Of a stretch of 64,000 nucleotides of DNA, positions 47,268 to 57,182 are shown piece after piece (position 1 is the stretch's first letter; every line of letters begins with the position of its first letter). The stretch is from assembly GCA_036170915.1 (NCBI GenBank), contig JAVHQC010000026.1, positions 79,404 through 143,403 of the forward strand, given 5' to 3'. Under the pieces are notes generated by a model that worked only from the letters and a program-made list of their open reading frames with translations, made no database searches and had not been told where the DNA came from. The position numbers and the translations under genes are program-made. Origin of the DNA: Cyanobacteria bacterium auto_48_18. GTDB taxonomy: Bacteria; Cyanobacteriota; Vampirovibrionia; Obscuribacterales; Obscuribacteraceae.

Positions 47268-48239
47268 TTATCTGCTTGAAGCGAGAGTATTGTTTTTGCG
47301 CGAGCTATCTTTTCGTGAGTACACTGGCGTTAACCAGTGGCGATATTGTTCAACCTCACCACGACATATTTTGATGTATCTGTCTTTGATGGTTGTTGTA
47401 ATCGGCCCTGCAACTCCTGTTCCAACTGGCCTTCTGTCAATTTCTATAATTGGTGCAATTTGGGCACCGGTTCCGCAGAAGAATAATTCGTCGGCGATAT
47501 AAAGCTCGCTTCTATCAATCGCCCGTGATTCCGCCTTAAGTCCAAGTTCTTCTTGAGCCATTTCCATAATGGTGCGGCGAGTCACACCTTCTAAAATATT
47601 CTCGTATGAAGGGGTGGTGATTAATCTGCCGTTCTTAACCATGAATACATTCATAGCAGAACCTTCTGAGACGTGCCCACTTTCGGTCAAAACGATACAG
47701 TCATCAAAGCCGGCCATGACTGCATCTGTTTTAGCAAGAGCGGTGTTTGCATATGCGCCAACAATTTTTGCTCTGGCTGGAATGGCGTTGTCTTCCACCC
47801 TTCTCCAGCTTGAGACCTGCACTTTCAAGCCGCCTGCACCATGAAAATAGTCGCCGAAAGGAACGGTGAAAATACAAATATCTGATGGATTGTTGTCTAA
47901 ACTCGGACCAACACGATGCACTGTTTTGTACGCTGTGGGCCTGATGTAGGTGTCGGTTCTGGGCGCATTTTTCTTAACCAGTTCAACTACGATCTTGCAA
48001 AGTTCGTCTACAGAATGCGGCACTTGCAGATACATGATCTTCATGCTGTCTACCATACGCTCAAAATGTTCTCTCAAGCGGAAGAGATACATTTCTTCTT
48101 CTTCTTCATTCCAATAGCCGCGAATGCCTTCAAAAACCGCCGTGCCATACATGAAAGAGTGGTTCATGATACTAATGTTGGCGTCTTCAATCGGCACCAT
48201 ATTGCCTTGAAAGAATGCGTACGTCTTTGATTCAGTCAC
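47268..48239 (-). CDS. ilvE: Branched-chain amino acid aminotransferase
   Basis: YGTAVFEGIRGY, AKIVGAY, EGSAMNVF, ILEGVTR, DELFFCGT. GTG 48239 follows SD aaggag (track start 48299). Confidence 0.95.
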   Translation of the reverse strand: MTESKTYAFFQGNMVPIEDANISIMNHSFMYGTAVFEGIRGYWNEEEEEMYLFRLREHFERMVDSMKIMYLQVPHSVDELCKIVVELVKKNAPRTDTYIRPTAYKTVHRVGPSLDNNPSDICIFTVPFGDYFHGAGGLKVQVSSWRRVEDNAIPARAKIVGAYANTALAKTDAVMAGFDDCIVLTESGHVSEGSAMNVFMVKNGRLITTPSYENILEGVTRRTIMEMAQEELGLKAESRAIDRSELYIADELFFCGTGAQIAPIIEIDRRPVGTGVAGPITTTIKDRYIKICRGEVEQYRHWLTPVYSRKDSSRKNNTLASSR

Positions 48240-48258
48240 CGCGGCTCCTTTAAATGGA

Positions 48259-48714
48259 TTATTGAGTTTGCCCTTTGCAATACAAAATTCGATCTTCAAC
48301 AGTTTTTCGCTGGGCTGAGTCAGGTCTTAGCTCAACATAACGCGTAAATGAGTTCGCCGCTTCGTTCCACTCTTTGTCGCTTTCCTGCAAAACTCCCAGC
48401 TCATAAAAACCATCAGCGTAACCAGGCTCAACTTCTGTAGAGCGAAGAAATTCAGTTTTTGCCTGGTCTAATTTACCCAGGCGCTTAAAAGCACGTCCGA
48501 GGCCTGTATGACAGGCTCCGGAGTTCGGAAATTTTTTCATCTTACTGTCAAAAATTGCCGCTGCTTTTTCTGACTCACCAACGGCTAAAAGATGATTAGC
48601 GTCTTTAAGCACCACATCCCAGTTCGGATCGGCTTTAGCAAAGGCTGCTGGTATTGCCACTGCGCACAATACCAGAGCCGAAAAGAGTAAAGCCGAAATA
48701 ATCGCTTTGTACAT
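48259..48714 (-). CDS. Exported TPR protein
   Basis: Signal peptide; CHTGLGRAF and GFYELGVLQ TPR motifs. Confidence 0.8.
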   Translation of the reverse strand: MYKAIISALLFSALVLCAVAIPAAFAKADPNWDVVLKDANHLLAVGESEKAAAIFDSKMKKFPNSGACHTGLGRAFKRLGKLDQAKTEFLRSTEVEPGYADGFYELGVLQESDKEWNEAANSFTRYVELRPDSAQRKTVEDRILYCKGQTQ

Positions 48715-48732
48715 CTGCCTTACTTCTCTCTT

Positions 48733-49809
48733 TTACTTGTGTTTGAGAATGGTGCCTGAAGCATTAAGACTTCTGCTCACCGAGCTGGGGTCGCCGCCCG
48801 GAACAGGTGCGACCACGATGGCAGAAACTTCCATACTCACTTTTTTAACAGCGTCGCCCACTCTGGCACCAGCACCTTTGACGATGCTACCGGTCGATGA
48901 ATCTTTGTCGACTGCGTCAACATTGAGTACAGCAATGGTATTGGTCAGAGTCTTAATTACTTTGCCGGTGTCAGGATCATTAATGGTTTTGTAAGGACGA
49001 AGCACTTGCAGCTTGTCGCCTACAGCCAGACCGTTGACTTTGCCCACGTTGATCGTAATTTGAGTACCAGTGACGTCGGCAATCTTACCTTCCACATTAG
49101 CTGCAGCCAGTGATTGACCGTCGGGCACTTTGTTAGCCGCGGCAATTAATTGCGCGCCCATTTCTTCTACCGATTGCAGAGTCGCTTCACCAGCAATAGA
49201 TGAAGCAAAGTCTGACGAATCCATGTTGACGCCAAAGGCGCCAGAGCTGGATCGCCTTGACTCTCCGGATCCGTGAACAGCGGCAAGAATTTCGGTAGTG
49301 TTGATGTCGATGATTTTGGCATCAACGGCAACTTTTACTTTGCTCTTGCTTGATTTAAAGCCGCCAAGCATTCCACCCAAGCCGCCTACGTAAGGAACAC
49401 CAGGAATGTATCCGGTTGGAAGGCCGCTGGTGCTGACTGTTTTGGTTTCATAACCAAATTGTGTGACGGTACCGGTAATGATGGCATCAACGCTCAAAAT
49501 TTTACCGATTTTGCAAGCGGTGGCTGGGTCAGCGCGGTCTGAAACAGAAAGATTTTGCTCTTTCAAAATGTTATCGAGCATGGCTCTATCAACCACTGAA
49601 TAGGTACCGTCGTTAACCAGCTTCGTGGTCAGCAAGCTAACGATGCCTTTGCCCACATCATAATTGTTGGAATATTGAGTGACTGCGCCATAATCGAAAG
49701 GCATAATGGCGATACGTCTTTTTGTGGCAGCCTCTGCCTTATTGGCGACGTTGCCGGCAACTACAACCAATAGCGCCAGTGCAAGCGCTGCTGTCTTTCG
49801 GAACTTCAT
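48733..49809 (-). CDS. CsgG/HfaB-family protein with FlgT-like C-terminal beta domain
   Basis: RIAIMPFD, LVNDGTYSVVDRAMLDNILKEQNL, KIGKILSVDAIITGTVTQFG; C-terminal ITINVGKVNGLAVGDKLQV. Confidence 0.85.
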   Translation of the reverse strand: MKFRKTAALALALLVVVAGNVANKAEAATKRRIAIMPFDYGAVTQYSNNYDVGKGIVSLLTTKLVNDGTYSVVDRAMLDNILKEQNLSVSDRADPATACKIGKILSVDAIITGTVTQFGYETKTVSTSGLPTGYIPGVPYVGGLGGMLGGFKSSKSKVKVAVDAKIIDINTTEILAAVHGSGESRRSSSGAFGVNMDSSDFASSIAGEATLQSVEEMGAQLIAAANKVPDGQSLAAANVEGKIADVTGTQITINVGKVNGLAVGDKLQVLRPYKTINDPDTGKVIKTLTNTIAVLNVDAVDKDSSTGSIVKGAGARVGDAVKKVSMEVSAIVVAPVPGGDPSSVSRSLNASGTILKHK

Positions 49810-49958
49810 CCATAACTCCTTCTGTAAAGTAAGCCGATTGGCTATGCGTGCTGCGTGGCTCTAAAACTCTGCTTAGAGTCTACTGGATTAACGCCCTTCC
49901 TCTAAATAATAGGGATCATTCAACTATTTATTTTTGCCTAATCTAATGTACTGACATC

Positions 49959-50645
49959 CTAGTGATGCTTTGCAGTTGTGCGCGGTTTGACTTTCGCACG
50001 CACTGTCCTTGAGGCTTTTGCTGCTCTGGCCTCAAACTCATCTATGAGACGACGTACATCTTTAAAGTGAGGGGTGTCGGGAGTGATTGGTCTTAGTAGT
50101 CCAATTGCTTCATCAAATTGTCCTGCATCGGCTAGAGTTTGGGCCCGAATAATGCGTTCTCGTGTCTGCATTTCAATCATGATTGCATTCTGTAGTGGCC
50201 CCACTACTCTTTGTGAAGCTGAGTTGATAACGTCACGGGCAGCGTTATCGACCAGCTTCTTATTGAGCTGAGTAGAACCTCCCACTGAAAAATCTTGATT
50301 ATATTTTTGCACTGCTACGGTATTCAAAATCTGACCACCAGCTGTTTTGGTGATCACCGAGCCGTTGTAACGAATGGAGCCCGAATTGGGGTCCAGCTGC
50401 TCCGTGATGTTGCAGACGATATACCAGTCAGGATTAACAGTACTCACCGCAACGTCGCCGATATTGTTGAGTGAATTGGTGATTCTATCTACAACTTCTT
50501 GCTCAATGCCGCTGCCGCTAGCCGAGACCACCGCCACACGCACCGGGGGTGCTGCCCACACCGAGGTGATTGAATAGGCGCAGGTGGAAATCAATGCGGC
50601 GGTTAGCATGAGCATTTTTACCAGGTATTGCTCCAGGTATTTCAT
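49959..50645 (-). CDS. Exported hypothetical protein with C-terminal TPR-like helices
   Basis: Signal peptide; alpha/beta domain; GQFDEAIGLLRPITPDTPHF. Confidence 0.6.
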   Translation of the reverse strand: MKYLEQYLVKMLMLTAALISTCAYSITSVWAAPPVRVAVVSASGSGIEQEVVDRITNSLNNIGDVAVSTVNPDWYIVCNITEQLDPNSGSIRYNGSVITKTAGGQILNTVAVQKYNQDFSVGGSTQLNKKLVDNAARDVINSASQRVVGPLQNAIMIEMQTRERIIRAQTLADAGQFDEAIGLLRPITPDTPHFKDVRRLIDEFEARAAKASRTVRAKVKPRTTAKHH

Positions 50646-50660
50646 TTGTATATATTCTCC

Positions 50661-51104
50661 TTAAGCGCCTTTATCCATGGCTTGATTGGCTAAACGATCG
50701 GCTTCCTTATTGTATTCACGGCGAACATGTTCGATGTTGAATTTTTTAAACTGACGCTGCAACCTTTTCGCTTCATTAAAGAGTGGCATCAGACCTTCGT
50801 TTTTGCAGCGGTACAGACCTTTGATTTGTTTGACAATCAGTTCAGAATCCATACGTACTTCCACTTCTGAAAAGCCCATAGCTAGCGCTTTTTCTAGTCC
50901 GATGAGCAGGCCTGTGTATTCAGCCACATTGTTTGTGGTGATGCCGACAAATTGAGATAAGTTGGCAAGAATTTCGCCGCTTTCGCTCTCAGCTTTTATT
51001 ACAGCACCACAGCCTGAGGGGCCAGGGTTACCGCGCGAGCCGCCATCGGCGAAAATCACGGCCACTGTGGCGCCTTTTCTTTCGGCTAAGTCGGTTTCTG
51101 TCAT
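50661..51104 (-). CDS. rnhA: Ribonuclease HI family protein
   Basis: ADGGSRGNPG, TNNVAEY, MDSELI, HVRREYNKEADRLAN; TAATG overlap with alaS. Confidence 0.92.
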   Translation of the reverse strand: MTETDLAERKGATVAVIFADGGSRGNPGPSGCGAVIKAESESGEILANLSQFVGITTNNVAEYTGLLIGLEKALAMGFSEVEVRMDSELIVKQIKGLYRCKNEGLMPLFNEAKRLQRQFKKFNIEHVRREYNKEADRLANQAMDKGA

Positions 51105-53824
51105 TATTTTTGACCAACTCCCAGATGATCTGATACTAGTGTTTTGAAGCGGCTTAGAGCTTCCGAAACTTTGGTTGCATCCTTCCCGCCAGCAGAAGCA
51201 ATATCTGGTCTGCCACCACCTTTGCCGCCGACAATGGTGGCAATTTCACCAACTACTTTGCCGCTGTTGAATCCTGCTTTCACCATATCTGGTGATGCTG
51301 CCACAACCAGAGAAAGAGCGTCGTTCTGGGCCGAGACCAGCAGACAAATGATATTTGCATGATTGGCTTTGATGTTTTCGGCAATTAGTTTTAGCGATTG
51401 GCCGCTCAAATCGTGAATAACTGCGGCAATCACCGATGTTTGGCCGATTTTTTCAGCTTTGCCCACAATTTCAGCCACGCGGCTGACTGCCAGCTTTTCT
51501 TCCATTGCTTGCATGGCTTTTTCTTTTTGCTTCAGATCAGATTGTAGACGTTCAATTTGTGCCACCATATCTGATGGTTTGACTTTCAGTTTTTCAGTAG
51601 CATCGCCTAAATATTTGAGCTGGTCGGCAATATAATTCCAGGCTCTTGGCCCAGATAGAGCCTCAATGCGCCTTGTTCCTTGCGCTACGCTGCCTTCTGA
51701 AATAATTTTGATTTGCCCTATTTCAGAAGTGTTTGAGACGTGAGTGCCGCCGCAAAATTCTAATGAGAAATCACCCATTTTGACCACGCGTACTACGTCG
51801 CCGTACTTTTCACCGAACATAGCAATGGCGCCTGTAGCCTTAGCTTCGTCGATAGACATCTCTTGTGTGACCACTTCGCTATTGCTGCGCACCCACTCAT
51901 TCATCAGTGACTCTACTTTGGCAATATCTTCGCGGCTGGGCTGTTTATCTAAAGTAAAATCGAAGCGCATGGCATTTGGGCCGACCTGTGAGCCGGCCTG
52001 TACAACCTGTTTGCCGAAGATTTCACGAATAGCCGCATGGAAAACGTGGGCAGTGGAATGGTGCAAGATTGTAGCCAGGCGCCTGGCGCTATCAACCACA
52101 GCGCGCATTTTTTGCCCGGCTTCGACAGTACCAGATATAGTGCGAACCCTGTGCAGGTGCAGGCCTTCATGCTTCTTGGTGTCAAGCACCTGCAGCCGGG
52201 CGTCAGGGCTCTCAAGAACACCAGCGTCACCGAGCTGACCGCCTGATTCGCCATAAAAAGGAGTCAAGTCGAGAACAACGTCAACTTCATCGCCTTCATT
52301 TGCTGAATCAATCAGCTTGCCGTCTTTGAATATGGCAAGGATGCTGCTTTCGTCTTCTTTCTTTGTGTAGCCACTAAATTTGGTGGCGCCATGTTTTTTG
52401 ACGAGCTCGCCAAAAGCGTTGTCGCCGGTCATGACCACGTTGAATTTATTTACCGACGATACTGCTTCATGTTTGCTTCTGGCAGCGGTAAAGCCTTCCA
52501 TATCTACTTTCTTGCCGCGTTCAAGGGCGATTTCAGCTGTTAGCTCCAGTGGGAAGCCGTAAGTGGCATAAAGATTGAAAGCTTCTTCACCAGCGACAAC
52601 ATCGTCTTTGCCACTGAGAATTTCTTCCAGTAAAGCCGAGCCCCGGTCGATGGTTTTCGAAAAGCGTTCTTCCTCTTCTCTAATTACTCTGACAATTTGA
52701 TCTTGCTGGCTGACCAGCTCGGTATACACTTTGCCGTAAATCTCGAGAATTACAGGAACGAGCTTATAAATGAATGGCTCGGTCAAGCCCAAGAGTCGGC
52801 CGAAGCGCGCGGCCCTTCTGATGATGAATCTGAGCACATAGCCTCTGCCCACATTGCTCGTACGTACGCCATCGGCTACAAGGAAGCTGACGCATCTGGC
52901 ATGGTCGGCAATAATTTTCAAATAACTGTCTTGCTTAATGGCCGGGTCTACGTCTGCACCAGTGCCAACTACCCCAAGCATCACTCCGCCCGTATATTGT
53001 TTGCCCGACATCTGGCAAACTTTGTCGAGAATAGGCATGAACAGGTCAGTTTCGAAAGTATTATTCTTTTGTTGTTTGACCAGGGCAATGCGCTCTAAAC
53101 CGGCGCCGGTGTCGACGTTCTTTTTATCTAAGGGTGTGAAATTGCCGTTTTCATCTTTGAAAAGTTCCATAAAGACCAGATTCCAGATCTCTATATATCT
53201 GTCGCCTTCTATGCCCTTGTAACAATAATCTTCGAAACTTTCCGGCCCGTACTGTTCGCCACGGTCATAAAAGATTTCAGAGCAAGGTCCGCAGGGGCCA
53301 GTTGGTCCTGGTGGGCCCCAGAAGTTATCTTTTCGCGACATTCTGAATATGCGATCGATAGGCACGCCTACCTGCTTGTGCCAGATGTCGGCTGCTTCGT
53401 CGTCGGCAGGATTTTGCTCGTCGCCCTTGAAAACAGTGACATAGAGCTTTTCGGGCTCCAGGCTAAGTTCTTTTGTGACAAATTCCCAGGCCCATGGAAT
53501 TACTTCTTTCTTGAAATAATCTCCAAAGCTGAAATTGCCAAGCATCTCGAAAAAGCTGTGATGTCTTGATGTGCGCCCGATATTCTCAATGTCTGAATCT
53601 TTGCCCCCAGCTCTGGCGCATTTTTGCACCGTGACCACCCGGGGTGGGTTTGGAGCTTCTGCCTGACCGAGGAAAATCGGCACAAATTGCACCATGCCCG
53701 CCGATGTGAGAAGCAAAGTGGGATTGTCAGGAATTAAGCTGGAGCTCGCCTTGTGCAGGTGTCCGCGTTTGTCTTTGAAGTAAGAAACGAATTTGTCGCG
53801 AATATCGCTGCCCGAAAGCGTCAT
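51104..53824 (-). CDS. alaS: Alanine--tRNA ligase
   Basis: SAGMVQF, RHHSFFEMLGNFSFGDYFK, GPCGPCSEIF, HHSTAH, EFCGGTHV, GGKGGGRPD. Confidence 0.98.
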   Translation of the reverse strand: MTLSGSDIRDKFVSYFKDKRGHLHKASSSLIPDNPTLLLTSAGMVQFVPIFLGQAEAPNPPRVVTVQKCARAGGKDSDIENIGRTSRHHSFFEMLGNFSFGDYFKKEVIPWAWEFVTKELSLEPEKLYVTVFKGDEQNPADDEAADIWHKQVGVPIDRIFRMSRKDNFWGPPGPTGPCGPCSEIFYDRGEQYGPESFEDYCYKGIEGDRYIEIWNLVFMELFKDENGNFTPLDKKNVDTGAGLERIALVKQQKNNTFETDLFMPILDKVCQMSGKQYTGGVMLGVVGTGADVDPAIKQDSYLKIIADHARCVSFLVADGVRTSNVGRGYVLRFIIRRAARFGRLLGLTEPFIYKLVPVILEIYGKVYTELVSQQDQIVRVIREEEERFSKTIDRGSALLEEILSGKDDVVAGEEAFNLYATYGFPLELTAEIALERGKKVDMEGFTAARSKHEAVSSVNKFNVVMTGDNAFGELVKKHGATKFSGYTKKEDESSILAIFKDGKLIDSANEGDEVDVVLDLTPFYGESGGQLGDAGVLESPDARLQVLDTKKHEGLHLHRVRTISGTVEAGQKMRAVVDSARRLATILHHSTAHVFHAAIREIFGKQVVQAGSQVGPNAMRFDFTLDKQPSREDIAKVESLMNEWVRSNSEVVTQEMSIDEAKATGAIAMFGEKYGDVVRVVKMGDFSLEFCGGTHVSNTSEIGQIKIISEGSVAQGTRRIEALSGPRAWNYIADQLKYLGDATEKLKVKPSDMVAQIERLQSDLKQKEKAMQAMEEKLAVSRVAEIVGKAEKIGQTSVIAAVIHDLSGQSLKLIAENIKANHANIICLLVSAQNDALSLVVAASPDMVKAGFNSGKVVGEIATIVGGKGGGRPDIASAGGKDATKVSEALSRFKTLVSDHLGVGQK

Positions 53825-53977
53825 GAGGCCCTCCCTGACCCACTACTGTAAAGTTGAGTCACATAAAGTCGCTGTTCTGATTTTATGTCAGAAACAGTGA
53901 TTATATCTCACCTCAGCTAGAGAGGCTCGGCCTTACATTCGGTTGTAAAAGAGCAGTCATATCTGCTAACCTGAGTA

Positions 53978-54919
53978 GTGCTTTTGAGGCAGGTTCTGAG
54001 GCCATTTCCGTTGAAGCTCAAGAAAGTCCTTGTTGTTCACAAAAAGTCCACTTACCAGATACAAGCAGAAGAACATAAAGAGGCTCGTTTTCTCAAGCTG
54101 ATTGAGGAAGGCAACGAAGTGGTCAATCGTGTTCGTGTTGCGCACGAAGAACACGTAGACACACTTGCTCGCATTGAAGATGAGCTATCTGTGCGCGGAA
54201 TTGAGTTTCAATCATTGAGCCGTTCGCAAGTTGATGAAACGGTAGAAAACGTTGATCTTTGCATTTCAGTTGGTGGTGACGGTACTTTTCTCGATGCCTC
54301 GCATGCTCTAAAAGATATACCGGCTCTGGGTGTTAACTCATCGCGCTCTTCAAGCTTCGGCCACTTTTGCATGGCCAATCGCGAGAATTTCTCTTCAATT
54401 CTTGATCAAATTGAAACTGAAATGATTGCACCTATTAATGTTTTGCGCTTGCAGATTTCTATCAATAATAAACCGGTCAAAGAACTGGTACTAAATGAGG
54501 TGCTGGTGGCTCACAGCTCACCGGCTGCCACCAGTCGTTATTTAATTGCTGTTGGTGACGAGAAAGAAGAGCAGCGCTCAAGCGGCCTCTGGATTGGAAC
54601 CCCGGCCGGGTCAACAGGCTCACTGAGATCAGCCAACGGGCAGATCATGCCTTTACCAGCACGGCAATATCAATATCTGGTGCGTGAAGCTTGTATGCGC
54701 CCAGGGCAATCGTGGCGTTTGCTGGCCGGCGTGCTCAATGAAGACCAAAGTATGCGCATTGTTAGTGAAATGCGAACGGGAGAAGTTTATATTGATGGTC
54801 CCCACATTATTCATACTCTTACACTAGGCGACGAGCTGGTGATTAAACCCAGCCCTCACAATTTGCGGGCCTTTATTCACTCGAGTGTTAATGATGTGTT
54901 TCTCAAGCTAAAGCACTAG
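53978..54919 (+). CDS. NAD(+)/NADH kinase
   Basis: VGGDGTFL, GVNS, LNE, SSGLWIGTPAGST. True start may be TTG 54011. Confidence 0.9.
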   Translation: MLLRQVLRPFPLKLKKVLVVHKKSTYQIQAEEHKEARFLKLIEEGNEVVNRVRVAHEEHVDTLARIEDELSVRGIEFQSLSRSQVDETVENVDLCISVGGDGTFLDASHALKDIPALGVNSSRSSSFGHFCMANRENFSSILDQIETEMIAPINVLRLQISINNKPVKELVLNEVLVAHSSPAATSRYLIAVGDEKEEQRSSGLWIGTPAGSTGSLRSANGQIMPLPARQYQYLVREACMRPGQSWRLLAGVLNEDQSMRIVSEMRTGEVYIDGPHIIHTLTLGDELVIKPSPHNLRAFIHSSVNDVFLKLKH

Positions 54920-54934
54920 TGATTTGGATTTAAA

Positions 54935-56320
54935 ATGACCTCAGAAAAAAATACACTTACTCTGGCTGACCGTGCTGCGGTTATGATTGCCAAATTGGCT
55001 GCTTCCAGCATTCGCAAGCTCAATCTTGGTCTTGGCTCAAATTTACCTGGGCGGCTGGCTCTAAAAGTTTCACCAAATGTGCTCGGTCATTTATCTGGTC
55101 AAACTGCCCGTGGTGTCATAGCCATCACCGGTACCAACGGCAAGAGCACCACCAGCGGTATTCTTTCGTCAATTTTACGCACCGCCGGTTTTACTTTCGC
55201 GCATAATCGCCAGGGCGCCAATTTAGTTACAGGCATTACCGCTTCTTTAATTGAGTCTGCCGACTGGAACGCCAATATCGCAGCTGATCTTTGTTTGTTT
55301 GAAATTGATGAAGCGGCATTGCCACTGGTGGCACAACAAGTAAAAATCGGCAGCGTAGTTGTCACAAATTTATTTCGCGATCAGCTAGACCGTTTTGGTG
55401 AACTTGATACCACTGCTCGTTTGATTAATAAAGGCATTGGTATTAATCAGTCAATGGCAATTTTGAATGCCGATGATCCTAATGTGAGCCAGCTGGCACC
55501 AGAAGTGACACATCTCTTTTTCGGCCTTGATAGCGTAGCTGATGGCGTTGCTGCTGAAGGCAATATGGAGCTTGCCTATTGCGGCAAGTGCGGTAAAGAA
55601 ATCAGCTACAGTCGTGTGTTTTACGGTCAAATGGGTCACTGGTATTGCCAGGGCTGCGATTTTAAAAGACCGGCGCCGACTATTTATGCTACTGATGTGG
55701 AAGTCACCGCGACTTTCAGTCGCTTTAAGCTCTGTATCGACAATAAATCAGAAGAATGTATTTTGCCTCTGCCTGGTCTGTTCAATGTTTACAACGCTCT
55801 GGCGGCAGCAGCTGCTGCGCACCATCTTGGTGCCACCCGTGAAGCCATTCGCGCAGGTTTGAAAGCATACAGTACGTTATTTGGTCGCTCTGAGCGACTG
55901 ACTATTGATGGTAAATCTGTGATTGTTCAGCTGATTAAAAATCCAGCCGGAGCGACTCAAGCGCTGGCATCTTGTATTCGCGATCCTAAAGCCAAGCTGC
56001 TGATTGCCATTAACGATAATCTTGCTGATGGTCGCGACATATCATGGCTCTGGGACGCTGACTTTGAGCAGCTGTCAATTCTTACTAACACTGCCATTAC
56101 AGTGAGTGGACAGCGCGCTGAAGATATGGCGGTCAGACTTAAATATGCAGGCATTCCGGCAGAGCAAATTTCTACTGTGCCGAAGCTGGCCCAGGCTCTC
56201 ACTCAAGCTCTATCGACTATTGGTGCTGATGAAACTTTGTGGCTGATGCCCACTTACACTAATTTGCTCGATTTGCAGAAAATTCTCAAATCAATGGGCG
56301 TGTCTATGAGTGGGACATAA
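54935..56320 (+). CDS. murT: Lipid II isoglutaminyl synthase subunit MurT (Mur ligase family)
   Basis: ITGTNGKSTT, NLFRDQLDRFGE, CGKC...CQGC zinc finger, LIKNPAG, DGRDISWLWDADFE, PTYT. Confidence 0.9.
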   Translation: MTSEKNTLTLADRAAVMIAKLAASSIRKLNLGLGSNLPGRLALKVSPNVLGHLSGQTARGVIAITGTNGKSTTSGILSSILRTAGFTFAHNRQGANLVTGITASLIESADWNANIAADLCLFEIDEAALPLVAQQVKIGSVVVTNLFRDQLDRFGELDTTARLINKGIGINQSMAILNADDPNVSQLAPEVTHLFFGLDSVADGVAAEGNMELAYCGKCGKEISYSRVFYGQMGHWYCQGCDFKRPAPTIYATDVEVTATFSRFKLCIDNKSEECILPLPGLFNVYNALAAAAAAHHLGATREAIRAGLKAYSTLFGRSERLTIDGKSVIVQLIKNPAGATQALASCIRDPKAKLLIAINDNLADGRDISWLWDADFEQLSILTNTAITVSGQRAEDMAVRLKYAGIPAEQISTVPKLAQALTQALSTIGADETLWLMPTYTNLLDLQKILKSMGVSMSGT

Positions 56321-56333
56321 GTACAAAGTCAAA

Positions 56334-57041
56334 TCAAAATTTCATACTGTCGATACTACTGCTTCCGGTGCCGTCTTCCATCATCAGCTCAAACTCATCA
56401 CGCGCTAATTTGTAATTGACTGGTTCTTCAAAAGCACGTTCAGCAAATTTTCTGTCTTCGATTTTAGTGGTGGCTAGTTGCTGCACAGGCCGACCTTTTT
56501 CAAAAGTATAGATTTTAATCGGCAGGCCATAACCACGTGGGCATGAAGTCAGTTTGCAGCACGCGAGCTCTAAGGCTTTGGGTAATCTGCTTTCGGAGGT
56601 TGTCCAAAATTCAGCAATTTTTTCGCGTTTGCCGTTCTTGCTTACCTGCTCGCAGAGATAATGGCTGCAATTGAAGCGGTCAATTTTTTCATTGTTTAAT
56701 TTAGACACCACTTCCTGCACTCCAGCCTTTTTTTCCTTGGCGGTAATTTTCCGCACCGTGATTTTGCTGCCAATATGATCAACAGCGCAGCTATAACGCA
56801 GCTTGTTACTGTCACCATAAAAAGTGAGCGAAGTAAATGGTGGTTTCATGTAAAGCTTCATGCCCATGGCGTCCATGCGAAAGTGTCGGCTGTTCACTAG
56901 TGCCGTGACTGAGCCGAAACGCACACTGTTTTGTTTAATCAAATAGCTTGGTTCGCTGGGCTGCGCCGCCATGGCTAAGTCAGGCAGAAAGAGAACTGAA
57001 ACCAGCAGAAATGACAGGCACTGATAGAAATATAAACGCAT
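56334..57041 (-). CDS. Exported hypothetical protein (DUF4412-like)
   Basis: Signal peptide; EKIDRFNCSHY...EFWTT...GLPIKI...FEEPVNYK. Confidence 0.6.
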   Translation of the reverse strand: MRLYFYQCLSFLLVSVLFLPDLAMAAQPSEPSYLIKQNSVRFGSVTALVNSRHFRMDAMGMKLYMKPPFTSLTFYGDSNKLRYSCAVDHIGSKITVRKITAKEKKAGVQEVVSKLNNEKIDRFNCSHYLCEQVSKNGKREKIAEFWTTSESRLPKALELACCKLTSCPRGYGLPIKIYTFEKGRPVQQLATTKIEDRKFAERAFEEPVNYKLARDEFELMMEDGTGSSSIDSMKF

Positions 57042-57182
57042 ATTTTAAATTATAAGACTATCTAGAGATTAAGAGTTTGAAAAAACCGTGCATTTTTGGC
57101 GCAAATCGGGCAAGACCATTTATGACCGTTAGCCGCATGGCCTTCTTTTGAGAGATAACGACCGATAATTGAGAAAATTGAC

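Noticed and set aside
48733..49809. Bona fide curli operon
   Set aside because: No csgA/B curlin repeats, csgE or csgF are recognisable nearby.
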